Below are positions 1 through 8,751 of a stretch of 64,000 nt of DNA, one piece after another (position 1 is the first letter of the stretch; every line of letters starts with the position of its first letter). The stretch is from NCBI GenBank assembly GCA_017550965.1, contig JAFZNK010000333.1:3935-67934 (forward strand). The letters run 5' to 3'. Below the pieces are notes generated by a model. That model saw only the letters and a program-made list of their open reading frames with translations, was not told the DNA's origin and ran no database searches. Origin of the DNA: Thermoguttaceae bacterium. GTDB taxonomy: Bacteria > Planctomycetota > Planctomycetia > Pirellulales > Thermoguttaceae. Position numbers and translations under genes: made by a program.

Positions 1-2
1 TC

Positions 3-479
3 GAAGGCACGATCGTTCAAACGAAATACGGGTTCTTTTCGACGGAACACGTGTTGTTTATCGCCGCCGGGGCGTTCCACCGCGCGAAGCCGAGCGATTT
101 GACGCCTGAATTACAAGGAAGATTTCCTATTCGGGTCGAGCTTTCGGAACTGAAAAAAGAAGATTTCGTTCGTATTCTTACGGAACCGAAAAACGCGTTG
201 ACGAAACAGTACGCCGCGTTGATGAAGACGGAAAACGTAGAATTAACGTTTAAAGACGACGCGATCGAAGCGATCGCCGAATACGCGGCGGAGACGAATC
301 TTACGACGCAAAACATTGGCGCGCGCCGTCTCTATACGATTATGGAACTTCTTCTGGAAGACCTGAATTTCGAGGCTGCGGAGATGGAGTCGGGGCGCGT
401 GGAGATCGACGCCGAATACGTTCGTTCGAAGATCGACAAAGTCGTCCACGACGAAGATTTGAGCAAATTCGTGCTCTGA
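3..479 (+). CDS. hslU: ATP-dependent protease ATPase subunit HslU, C-terminal part (5' end outside the window)
   Basis: The frame is open from the window edge. The translation ([47 protein letters not shown]...[13 protein letters not shown]...[10 protein letters not shown]) is colinear with the C-terminal half of E. coli HslU as I recall it, including the ...DEDLSRFIL-type tail. Confidence 0.9.
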   Translation, partial: EGTIVQTKYGFFSTEHVLFIAAGAFHRAKPSDLTPELQGRFPIRVELSELKKEDFVRILTEPKNALTKQYAALMKTENVELTFKDDAIEAIAEYAAETNLTTQNIGARRLYTIMELLLEDLNFEAAEMESGRVEIDAEYVRSKIDKVVHDEDLSKFVL

Positions 480-502
480 CAATTACAAGCTTGAAATCAA
501 AA

Positions 503-546
503 AACGCGCGTCGTTCGCTTCGATTGGCGGACGGCGCGCGTTTTCT
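503..546. terminator. Stem-loop between the convergent hslU and glycoside hydrolase genes (bidirectional terminator candidate)
   Basis: AACGCGCGTCGTTCG (503-517) pairs with CGGACGGCGCGCGTT (528-542), about 13 of 15 bp. It has an A-run upstream and TTTTCTT downstream, and sits between stop codons at 479 (+) and 569 (-). Confidence 0.5.
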
Positions 547-568
547 TATGACCCTGTCGAGTCGGAAC

Positions 569-2593
569 TCATTCGACGACCACGTTTTCCGGGCCGATCA
601 GGTACAGAATCCCCGGCTTGAGGCTCAATTTGCAGGTTCCGGAAGGCTTGTCGACGTCGTTTCCAAGGTAATCGAACGCCTGGGCGACTTTGCCTGAGAT
701 TTTTACGTCGACCTCTTTCTCGTAGCGAAGGGACCAGAGCGCCCATCCGTTTTGACCGTCGGGACGCTTCCAGGAAACGGCGCAACAGTCGTTGGTTACG
801 GACAGTTTCGCGCCTTCCGAACACGCCGGACGAGCCTTGGTCAGCGTTTTATAAGCGTAATAGCCGGGTTTGGGATCAAGGTTTTGCCCCACGATACCGA
901 AATGGTGTTCCGGGTCGCGCTGATCGCGTTCCGGCGCGTGGAATTCGTACCAGAAATAACGCTCGATTCCGTTGGCAAACGCGAGCAAGTACGACTGAGC
1001 AAGAAAGACCGCCTGATTGGCGACGGTGCTTCGATTCGTTCCGTTGCCGTCGTCGTCCTGAATCGAATTAATAACGACGGCGCCTTTGTAGTCGCTGTTA
1101 AAGTCGTAAATACAAGCCGACGCGGCGGAGAACTCTTCCGTCTTGCCAACGTAGACTGGAATGAATCGATCGCCCTCTTTGATTTTCGTTCCCTCGAAAA
1201 AGCGACCCGACTGGAGAACGGGATTGAAACTGGCCAGTTCTTTGGCGCATTCGGGCGCGACGATTGTCGGAGCGCTTTCCGGAACGCCGTCGCGCGTCCA
1301 CCAGGCGAACCAGGAGATTCTCAGCTCGTCGAGGCTTTGGCCGAAACGCGGATTGTTCTTACCCTGTTCGAAACGTCCGGTCGATTCGTTCAGCAACGTT
1401 TCATAGTACAGGGGGACTCCGCCGAGGAGCACAAGCGTCCCTCCGGATTTAACAAATCGAGCGACCGCGTCGAAATAGGCGACGGGGAATCCTTCGCTCG
1501 GCGGCATAATCAGCATGTCGGCGTCGTCGAGGGAGATCGAAGCGAGTTGTTCCGCGTTGAGAAAAGTCGCAAGTTTGTCGTTATTGGCGTATTGGGGCGG
1601 AAGATAATTGATGAAGTCGTTTTTCGCGCGAGATTGAGCGGGATCGTATCGTTCGTCGTAGAAAAAGGCGACTTTCGGATCCTTGTCAGGATAGAGCTTT
1701 TGAAGCGCGACGGAAACGACGCGGCGATTGCTCTCGCCAAAGACGGGGGGAGTCGCCCAGCCCATTTCCGTGATCCAAATCGGTTTTTCGGGCAGATCGC
1801 GTTTTTTGAGTTCCTGTCGAAACGCGTCGATTTCTTTCGCGAATTGATCGAGTCTCTCTTTCGTAACGATTCCGCCGCGATAAGGATGAATGTTGACGAC
1901 GTCGAAAAATTCGCCCGCGCCCGCGTCCAGCGATTTGGCGAAGAAGTCGGCGGGAACGCCCGCAAGACCTCCGTAGACGACGACTAAGTTCGAATCGATC
2001 GCCTTGATTGTCTTGTAGGTCTCTTTAAGAAGCGTCGCGTAATTAGCGGCGTCGGGGTCGTCCTGCCAGAATCCTTTGAGATTTTCTTCGTTCCAGACTT
2101 CCCAATACTGAATGCGATCTTTGTATCGTTCGACGCAGCGTTTGACGTATTCGAGCCAATGATCCAGGTGCTTATAGGCGGGAGAGGCCCAGCGGACGTC
2201 GTAATCGAGAATCGGCAGGAGTTGCAAGCCGAGTTTATTTGTCTCGTCGACGACTTTGTCAAGATGATCGAACGTCCACTTTCCTTCCGAACGCTCCACG
2301 CCGCTCCAGGAAAAGTCGGCTCGTATCCAGGAAATCCCCGCTTCTTTCATCAGGAGAAGGTTTTTAGGAATCTGGTTCCATTCTTCTCCGCCTCCGACGT
2401 GCGCGCAAACGCCGTACGGAGAGCCTGCGACCGTATGTTCCGCCGAGGCGGGCTGGGCCGCTTCCGCGCTCGCGGAAGCGAAGCCGTCGAAAGGAGAAAC
2501 GCTCGCCGACGCCGCGAACGCTCCCAAAGCCGAAGTTTTAATGAAGTTGCGTCGATTGAATTTTGTCGACAAAGATAAAGGCGTTTTTTCCAT
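569..2593 (-). CDS. Twin-arginine-exported clan GH-A (TIM-barrel) glycoside hydrolase; family not assignable by eye
   Basis: ORF 569..2764. The preferred ATG is at 2593, giving MEKTPLSLSTKFNRRNFIKTSALGAFAASASV (RR plus hydrophobic stretch = TAT-type signal). WEVWNEEN (acid/base NE) and WITEMGW (nucleophile E) motifs are present. A central LIMPPSEGFP...SGGTLVLLGG segment resembles the amidotransferase-like domain of GH42-type enzymes. Confidence 0.7.
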   Translation of the reverse strand: MEKTPLSLSTKFNRRNFIKTSALGAFAASASVSPFDGFASASAEAAQPASAEHTVAGSPYGVCAHVGGGEEWNQIPKNLLLMKEAGISWIRADFSWSGVERSEGKWTFDHLDKVVDETNKLGLQLLPILDYDVRWASPAYKHLDHWLEYVKRCVERYKDRIQYWEVWNEENLKGFWQDDPDAANYATLLKETYKTIKAIDSNLVVVYGGLAGVPADFFAKSLDAGAGEFFDVVNIHPYRGGIVTKERLDQFAKEIDAFRQELKKRDLPEKPIWITEMGWATPPVFGESNRRVVSVALQKLYPDKDPKVAFFYDERYDPAQSRAKNDFINYLPPQYANNDKLATFLNAEQLASISLDDADMLIMPPSEGFPVAYFDAVARFVKSGGTLVLLGGVPLYYETLLNESTGRFEQGKNNPRFGQSLDELRISWFAWWTRDGVPESAPTIVAPECAKELASFNPVLQSGRFFEGTKIKEGDRFIPVYVGKTEEFSAASACIYDFNSDYKGAVVINSIQDDDGNGTNRSTVANQAVFLAQSYLLAFANGIERYFWYEFHAPERDQRDPEHHFGIVGQNLDPKPGYYAYKTLTKARPACSEGAKLSVTNDCCAVSWKRPDGQNGWALWSLRYEKEVDVKISGKVAQAFDYLGNDVDKPSGTCKLSLKPGILYLIGPENVVVE

Positions 2594-2714
2594 TTTTTTG
2601 AAACCCCTCCAATAACGCATGGCAAGAAAATTTACACGGCGCCGCAAGTTCGGTCGGCGTAAGGTCATTATATCAGGCCGAGAAAGCGCAAACAAGAAAC
2701 GAGGCGACGCCTTT

Positions 2715-2754
2715 TCAGAAAAAAACGCGAAACGAACAGCGTCGCTTCGCGTTT
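2715..2754 (-). terminator. Rho-independent terminator candidate after the transporter gene
   Basis: AAACGCGAA (2723-2731) pairs with TTCGCGTTT (2746-2754), a 9-bp stem. On the minus strand it is followed by TTTTTTTCTG. It lies 26 bp downstream of the stop at 2780. Confidence 0.5.
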
Positions 2755-2779
2755 GAAAAAACAAGCGTTGTAGCGCGTT

Positions 2780-4501
2780 TTAGAGGAATATCAGCGTCAT
2801 TACGATCAAAACGGGCAACAGAATGCAGACGCTATAGCCCATATAGCCGAAAAAGCTTGGCATCTTAACGCCGCATTGTTCCGCAATCGCCTTGACCATG
2901 AAGTTCGGACCGTTGCCGATATAGGTCATCGCGCCCATAAAGACCGAGCCCAAAGAGACGGCGATTAGGAGCTGAAGCGGGATCGGAATGCCGGCCCGAT
3001 CGGAGCCCGCTTTAAGTTCCGCCTCGATTCTGCCGGCAGTTTCGGCGTCGCCGTTATGTCGCGCTTCCTGCAATTCTCCTTCCGCCGCGGATTTTGCCGT
3101 CTCGAAAAAGACGACGTAGGTTGGGGCGTTGTCCAAAACGGACGAAAGCGCCCCCGACGTCCAGAAGAATTCTTTGGCTTCGTTAAGTTTGATTCTGGAA
3201 CCGTATCGATCGATTTTCGAAACGATTTCCGCGCCTTTCGCGTTCAGAATCTGCAACGGCGCCTGCATGCAAATAAAGATGCCGAAGAAGAGCGCCGCGA
3301 CCTCGATAATCGCGCCGAAATTGAAATCGTTATCCTTTCGAATCGCGTTTGAACCCAGGGTAAAGGACAAAAAAACCATCAATAATTGGACGATTTCACG
3401 CAGAAACATCGGCGGATAAACGCCGGTTTTAACGCCGAAGAGCGCTAAAAATTCCTGCGCGGGATCCAGAAGCATGACCGCGAGAATAACGCCTAAGAGG
3501 CAGAACAAATTCGGAACGAGTCCGTAAATTCTGACGGGCTCCGCCATCACCTCGTCGGTTACTTTTTCGAGGGGCGTCTCTTTAGGATAAAAAACGAACG
3601 TGTCGAGCAGATAATAAAGCGCGATCAAAACGCCGCATACAAAAAGCCATTCTTTCCACAAATGGAAGGTCCAAAGGAAGTTGACGCCGCGCAAATAGCC
3701 CAGGAAGAGCGGGGGATCGCCAATAGGCAACAAGCAACCTCCGACGTTGCACACGCAGAAGATGAAGAAAACGATCGTATGAATCTTATACCTGCGAAAC
3801 TTGTTCGTTTCCAGTAGAAGACGAACCAGCAACATCGCCGCGCCGGTCGTTCCGACAAAACTCGCCATTGCGGAGCCGATCGCCAAGATGATCGAATTGT
3901 TGAGGGGCGTCGCTCTTAAATCGCCGACGATGCGAATGCCGCCCGTGATGGAGAAAAGCGCGAACAGGAGAACGATAAAGGAAACGTACTCGCCCAAAAA
4001 CGCGTTGACGAAAACTGTCGACGCTTTCGAAAACCAGTTGGCGTCCGCGCTTACGACATGGTGAGCCGGCCAGTGTAAGTCAAGCGGGGACTGATAGAAG
4101 AAGGCGTAATATCCAAGCGTGATCAACGCCAGGACGGCGGCGACGATAAATCGATGCAGATTGCTTTCCCACCAATGTTCCGTCGCGGGAATCAGGGGAA
4201 GAATCGCGATGCACAAAAGAAGGACGACGAAAGGAATCGACGTCCATAAAGGCGGATATAGGGCTTCGCTTTCCTCATGAGCGTTTTCGGCGGCGCCTGG
4301 AACGTCGCCCGAGTCGACGTCAGTCGTCTCAACGGTCGCTTCTTCGCCGGAATGATTTTGAAATTGCGCGTTTGTCCATCGTTGAGGAACTCCAAAGAGC
4401 AAGAGCGCGATATAAACGACAAAGACAACGCCAAGGGCGACAATCGTCGCCCGATAGTTTCCCGACGGTTGTTCGACGACCTTTTCCGAAGTATCGGACA
4501 T
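2780..4501 (-). CDS. Polytopic ion transporter, NhaD/ArsB/citrate-transporter superfamily-like (sodium:proton antiporter-like)
   Basis: 573 aa and hydrophobic throughout, with more than 10 predicted TM segments. The LLPIGDPPLFLGYLRG motif and overall layout resemble proteins annotated as NhaD-type or citrate-transporter-like permeases. Substrate unknown. Confidence 0.55.
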   Translation of the reverse strand: MSDTSEKVVEQPSGNYRATIVALGVVFVVYIALLLFGVPQRWTNAQFQNHSGEEATVETTDVDSGDVPGAAENAHEESEALYPPLWTSIPFVVLLLCIAILPLIPATEHWWESNLHRFIVAAVLALITLGYYAFFYQSPLDLHWPAHHVVSADANWFSKASTVFVNAFLGEYVSFIVLLFALFSITGGIRIVGDLRATPLNNSIILAIGSAMASFVGTTGAAMLLVRLLLETNKFRRYKIHTIVFFIFCVCNVGGCLLPIGDPPLFLGYLRGVNFLWTFHLWKEWLFVCGVLIALYYLLDTFVFYPKETPLEKVTDEVMAEPVRIYGLVPNLFCLLGVILAVMLLDPAQEFLALFGVKTGVYPPMFLREIVQLLMVFLSFTLGSNAIRKDNDFNFGAIIEVAALFFGIFICMQAPLQILNAKGAEIVSKIDRYGSRIKLNEAKEFFWTSGALSSVLDNAPTYVVFFETAKSAAEGELQEARHNGDAETAGRIEAELKAGSDRAGIPIPLQLLIAVSLGSVFMGAMTYIGNGPNFMVKAIAEQCGVKMPSFFGYMGYSVCILLPVLIVMTLIFL

Positions 4502-4554
4502 TCTGAACTTTCTAAAAATTTTGAAGCGTAATTAACGGCGAAAGAAATAGTCGC

Positions 4555-5820
4555 TTACATGGAACGACGAATACGTTCGAGATTCCATTGCAACTTCTCC
4601 TGCTGCGACATCTTGGAGAAATCGGGCGCCATGGAGAAATCCTTCTTGTCCGTCTTTTGTTCTTCTTCGGCGAGTTTGAAGTAGTCTCGCTGGAAGATTT
4701 TTTTCGCCTGCGCGGAAGCGAGCGCATCCTGAGCTGGATCCGCAGGTTGCGACGCCTGAGAAGCGCCGGCCATGGAGACGGTTTTCTTTTCGTTATAGCT
4801 CAGGGATTGCGCGGTCGTTTGCAAATCTTCTTCCAAAGAGCGTTTGGGCTTTATGCCAAGCTTTTGAAGGTCGCCATGATACGCCTTAACCGCCTCGACG
4901 GGAGCGATTTCGCCGTCGGCGATCGCGCGAAGGTAGACGATGAAGGAGAGCTGATGATCGGCGTTGTTGATCTTACGACCGTAAAGCGCGACGCGCGCGC
5001 CGTATTTTTTAGCGTCGTAAAGCATCTGGAACGCGTCGAGCGTCGTTCCGGCGCTACCGCCCAAAATACCGACGACGAGCGAAGAGTCGTAACGAACGAG
5101 CGACTCCATCGCTTTGGGACCGTAGTACGGAATCTTTAAGAAGACGGGGCGTCCCGCGCTTGTTACGCCCGCTAACGCGCGAACGATATGGTCGCTGACG
5201 AATTTGGGAACGTCTTCAATCGCGTTGACGGGGGCGTTAGGGCTGAACACTTCCAGGAAGTGCCGGAAACCTTTTTTCTCCGCTTCAAGTCGGAACGCTT
5301 TGTATTGGGTCAACGCTTCAAAATCGCGTTCGAGATCGTTGTTGAAGGTGATCGAATAAAGCCCGAGATCGGCGCCTCTTTTCGCGGCGATTTCGGCTTT
5401 GGAACAATTCGCATGACCGCAGAGGGCGTGGTCAAGGTCGGCGGATCGGAACGGACGGGAAGGAACCTCGCCGTAAATCGCGCCCGCGCCGGCAAGCCAA
5501 ATGTCGGTGGCGTCGTTTGCGCGAATCGCAGGAGTAATATGCGTATTCTCAAAAAGACCTTCGCGGAGCGTTAAAACTTCGCTTGTGCTCGCGCTCATGA
5601 GAACGATATCGACGAGCCCCTGCTTAATGACTTCGCGAATTTGATTGCGGTAGTCGTCTAACGTCTTGAATTTCGCTTCTGAAGAATAATTCTCCGGACT
5701 CAGTCCCGGCGCCGAAAGTCCGTACGCCATGTCGCCGTCTTTCGCGTCGGCGAGGATGAAGTCGTTGCAACTGCGGTCTTGAAGAATACGCGCTAACTTG
5801 CGATCAAGCGATTTTTCCAT
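4555..5820 (-). CDS. Class I aldolase-like (DeoC/FbaB/LacD-type) TIM-barrel protein with a roughly 100-aa charged C-terminal extension
   Basis: ORF 4555..5874. The internal ATG at 5820 (MEKSLDRKL...) is preferred. FILADAKDGDMA near the N-terminus and ILGGSAGTTLDAFQMLYDAKKYGARVALYGRKIN near the barrel end resemble DhnA/FbaB-type aldolases. The tail ...QAKKIFQRDYFKLAEEEQKTDKKDF... has no recognisable domain. Confidence 0.45.
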   Translation of the reverse strand: MEKSLDRKLARILQDRSCNDFILADAKDGDMAYGLSAPGLSPENYSSEAKFKTLDDYRNQIREVIKQGLVDIVLMSASTSEVLTLREGLFENTHITPAIRANDATDIWLAGAGAIYGEVPSRPFRSADLDHALCGHANCSKAEIAAKRGADLGLYSITFNNDLERDFEALTQYKAFRLEAEKKGFRHFLEVFSPNAPVNAIEDVPKFVSDHIVRALAGVTSAGRPVFLKIPYYGPKAMESLVRYDSSLVVGILGGSAGTTLDAFQMLYDAKKYGARVALYGRKINNADHQLSFIVYLRAIADGEIAPVEAVKAYHGDLQKLGIKPKRSLEEDLQTTAQSLSYNEKKTVSMAGASQASQPADPAQDALASAQAKKIFQRDYFKLAEEEQKTDKKDFSMAPDFSKMSQQEKLQWNLERIRRSM

Positions 5821-6049
5821 TGTTATGCTTCTCTGTGGCGTGAATGAAGTCGAATCGGCTCTTGAAATTTTCAAAATTGCGTTTTATCGAAGGAGGTTTT
5901 TACGGCGATTTACCGCCTGCAAACCGTAAGACGACCCTCTTCAGATATTATAGACAGACGCCGCAAACCGTCAAGAATTATCGACGTCGACGCGGGATAA
6001 TGAGAGATATTTGGAAGAAGATAGAATAGTTGTGCCAATTATATCGAGG

Positions 6050-6097
6050 AAAGACGACAAACGCATGGACCTTGCGAAGTCGCAGTTCCATGCGTTT
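6050..6097 (-). terminator. Rho-independent terminator candidate after the Gfo/Idh/MocA gene
   Basis: AAACGCATGGA (6059-6069) pairs with TCCATGCGTTT (6087-6097), a perfect 11-bp stem plus an inner TGCG/CGCA pair. The minus-strand tail is GTCGTCTTTCC. It lies 32 bp downstream of the stop at 6129. Confidence 0.5.
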
Positions 6098-6128
6098 GCT
6101 TTCAAGACCTGGTTAGATCGGGTGAAAC

Positions 6129-7493
6129 TCAGACCGTCGGGAGTTCCCAACCTTCACGGCGTGGACGAGAGAGTCTCTTGTTGCCTTCCGGCAGGTTGTC
6201 AAATTCCTCTTTTTCCGCGTTCCAATAAACGACCTCGCCGACGGGCGCCGTGGCGCGAACGATGTTGACAAGCTCGCAAATCGTCGTAGAACGTTGTCCA
6301 ATCTCGACGTCGGCGTTGCACTTCTTCTTTGTCTTGATGCATTCCGCCCAGTTTTCGATATGGTACACCGTCTCGTCGCGAGTATTTTTCGCTTCGTCGG
6401 GCAAAGACGCCGCAAGTTCTTTAGGATTAGACGAGATTTTATGACGGTTGATCTCGATCTTTCCTTTCTCGCCGGTAACAATGCAGCCGAGTCCGGGGCC
6501 GCGGTCGCCGTCGAGATCGAAGCGCGCTTCGACGCCGTTCGGGAAGAGCATCTTCATCTTGGCGCGAGGTCCGCGAACCTTCGCCATCGAGTAGTAATCC
6601 GCGCCAGTTTCCTCTTCGGAATAGGGTCGGTTCGTGAATTTTCCGGAATCTTGAATTTCGCAAGGTTCTTCCAGAATGATCTGCGCGGGGCCGGTCAGAC
6701 TTGTGCCGATAGCCATTTGCATCTGGTCGAAGGAGTGGGTGCCCCACCCGGAAACGCCGAAGCAAAGACCGCCCGCGTCGTAATCGCCCCAGTTGCTCCA
6801 GTTGTACTGGACTTCCGGACAGCATTTTCTTAACTTCGCCTGATTGGTCCACGTATCCCACCAGGGTTCGCAATCTTTGGGGTCAAGTTTATATTGAGGA
6901 TCGTCGTCCGGGAAGACGTTCGGTCCGACAAAATTAGGAACCTGGACGACTTTTACTTTGCCGATCGCTCCGTTGGCGACTTGTTCGCACGCCCAACGAC
7001 AGAGCGGGAGGGAACGTTGCTGCGTTCCAACTTGCGTAACCTTGCCCAATTTTTTGGCGGCGTCAGCCATCGCGCGTCCCTCTTTGATTGTCAGCGCCAT
7101 CGGTTTTTCGATGTAGACGTTGGCGCCGCAAAGCATCGCGTTGATAGCGACCCAGGCGCGCTGGTGCGTCGCCGTTTCGCAACAAACGCCGTCGAGTTTT
7201 TCCGTTTCGATCATTTTACGGAAATCGTCGTAGGGCTTGAGCCAGTCGGAACGATCTTTTAAGTAGCTGTCCAGTCGCGGTTTATAGATATCGCTAACGG
7301 CGACGAGCTGGCAGTCTTTCGCCTGCTGCACAATCGTGGCGATATACGTTCCGCGCCCGCCAAGACCAACGACGCCAATACGAACTTTTTCACTCGGAGC
7401 CGTTTCTCCGTCAAGACCTAAGACGTGGGAAGCGACCAACATCGGAGAAGCGACAAGAGCCGACTTCAAAACAGTTCTTCTATCGATTTTCAT
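6129..7493 (-). CDS. Twin-arginine-exported Gfo/Idh/MocA family NAD(P)-dependent oxidoreductase
   Basis: MKIDRRTVLKSALVASPMLVASHVLG is a TAT-type signal. It is followed by a Rossmann motif, RIGVVGLGGRGT, and the family-typical EKPMA segment (YIEKPMALT). Confidence 0.85.
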   Translation of the reverse strand: MKIDRRTVLKSALVASPMLVASHVLGLDGETAPSEKVRIGVVGLGGRGTYIATIVQQAKDCQLVAVSDIYKPRLDSYLKDRSDWLKPYDDFRKMIETEKLDGVCCETATHQRAWVAINAMLCGANVYIEKPMALTIKEGRAMADAAKKLGKVTQVGTQQRSLPLCRWACEQVANGAIGKVKVVQVPNFVGPNVFPDDDPQYKLDPKDCEPWWDTWTNQAKLRKCCPEVQYNWSNWGDYDAGGLCFGVSGWGTHSFDQMQMAIGTSLTGPAQIILEEPCEIQDSGKFTNRPYSEEETGADYYSMAKVRGPRAKMKMLFPNGVEARFDLDGDRGPGLGCIVTGEKGKIEINRHKISSNPKELAASLPDEAKNTRDETVYHIENWAECIKTKKKCNADVEIGQRSTTICELVNIVRATAPVGEVVYWNAEKEEFDNLPEGNKRLSRPRREGWELPTV

Positions 7494-7545
7494 AGGGAAC
7501 CCTTTATGTTAGGAGATTGAACAATGACCAAACGGGAGTTTGTTT

Positions 7546-8286
7546 TCAGTAAGTTTTCAAGAAGATATTTTTGAACTGGAAAAACATCGGCGGACCGGGA
7601 TGTATTTGCAAGCCGAAAATACCTTCTTTGGGCGAATCAGGGCGTTCGTCGACGAGCTCGGTCGTTTTGACGTCGTTAATGTACTCGGTAAACTTGTTTC
7701 CTCTCGCCTCAACCCGATAGGTGTTCCAACCGTGCATATTGATCGATTTACCAATTTCTGCGGCGTCGCCGAATTTTTCAATCTTTTTGTTTCCGTCGAC
7801 GTCGAATTTGGCCGATTCTCCGCGCCACGCGATGATTTCGCCGAGCGCTTCGCCGTAAAATATCCCCATAATGTCGCCGGGGCTAATATCCGCCTGATAA
7901 CCGTTAAGCCCATGATCGCGCGTATCGTCTTTCCACGCCCGATATTCGATTCCGGAATTGCCTTCGCCGGGCACGCAGAAATCGACGAGCAACGTAAAGT
8001 CTTTCACAGGATTGCCTTTCCAGACGATGTACGTGCTGTAAGGGACGGGATTGCCTTCAGAAGAACGACCGGTAATGCAACCGTCTTCGACCGACCAGAA
8101 TTTCGAATCGCCGTCCCAGCCTTCAAGGGTCTTGCCGTCAAACAAAGACACGAAACCTTCCGGAACTTCTTTGGTCGGAGGGGGCGTCGTCGAATTGGAA
8201 TCTTCCGCAAAAATCGCGGTAGAAGAGGTTAGACCGAGGCCTAAAACCATGGCGGAAACGAGCAAAAAGTTCATGAATCTTTTCAT
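7546..8286 (-). CDS. Secreted DUF1080 (3-keto-disaccharide hydrolase family, PF06439-like) protein
   Basis: ORF 7546..8478. The ATG at 8286 is preceded by GGAGAG and gives MKRFMNFLLVSAMVLGLGLTSSTAIFA (Sec signal). Family hallmarks FVSLFDGKTLEGWDG, NSGIEYR, GYQADI, WNTYRVEARGNKFTEYINDV and GIFGLQIHPG...FKNIFLK are present. Confidence 0.8.
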   Translation of the reverse strand: MKRFMNFLLVSAMVLGLGLTSSTAIFAEDSNSTTPPPTKEVPEGFVSLFDGKTLEGWDGDSKFWSVEDGCITGRSSEGNPVPYSTYIVWKGNPVKDFTLLVDFCVPGEGNSGIEYRAWKDDTRDHGLNGYQADISPGDIMGIFYGEALGEIIAWRGESAKFDVDGNKKIEKFGDAAEIGKSINMHGWNTYRVEARGNKFTEYINDVKTTELVDERPDSPKEGIFGLQIHPGPPMFFQFKNIFLKTY

Positions 8287-8751
8287 ATCTCTCCTTTTAA
8301 CAAGAGATTTCAATTCTGAAAAAGGAAGTTTATACTCGCGAGATTTTTGAAGAAACAGGTCTTCAAAACTTCTGAAACGAACGCGATCAACGAATTGTTC
8401 CCGAAAGAAACAAAGCGCAGACGACGCCTGTTTGACGCTATTATAAAGTTTCAAACTGAGAAAAACAAGCGTTTTCAAAAAATATCGAAATATCGTCGAC
8501 TCCGACTTTCAATTCAATTTTTTGACAACTTGGAGAGAACGCAGGACCGAAGAGTCGCGTAGTTTTGGAAAAAGTCGCTAAGAAGAGGCGGGTTACTATT
8601 TTGAAAGGGGGCTGATAAGAATTATAAAACGATTATCGGAACGCTACGAAACGCTGATTATTCGATCGTTCAGGAATCAACCTCGCGCGGCAAAAGGCCG
8701 TCGCGTTTGTAGTCGTTCCGATTTCGTTTTGAGAAATTGCCAAAAGAAACG

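Noticed and set aside
752-1987. 411-aa plus-strand ORF opposite the glycoside hydrolase gene
   Set aside because: It lies entirely antisense to a gene with clear GH-A motifs and a TAT signal. Its translation is Arg/Gly/Val-rich with no motif. It looks like a typical shadow ORF in a codon-biased region.
2594-2764. Long N-terminal extensions in the ORF track, here and at 8287-8478, 5821-5874, 40522-40644, 25542-25598, 23732-23770, 56111-56173, 59952-60038, 27858-27887, 35950-35997, 37307-37330 and 19200-19211
   Set aside because: In each case an internal ATG gives a canonical signal peptide, lipobox, Rossmann start or family-typical N-terminus, often with a GGAG-type RBS. The extension is Arg-rich or begins at a TTG.
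7540-8232. 230-aa plus-strand ORF opposite the DUF1080 gene
   Set aside because: The minus-strand frame shows the full set of DUF1080 hallmarks. The plus-strand frame is Arg/Phe-rich with no features.
8607-8620. GGGGGCTGATAAG, resembling the 5' end of tmRNA (GGGGCTGA...)
   Set aside because: The downstream sequence lacks the tRNA-like acceptor/T-arm partner (no GGTTCGAATCC...CCACCA) and has no tag-reading-frame context. The remaining spacer before the htrA stop is too short for a roughly 350-nt tmRNA.
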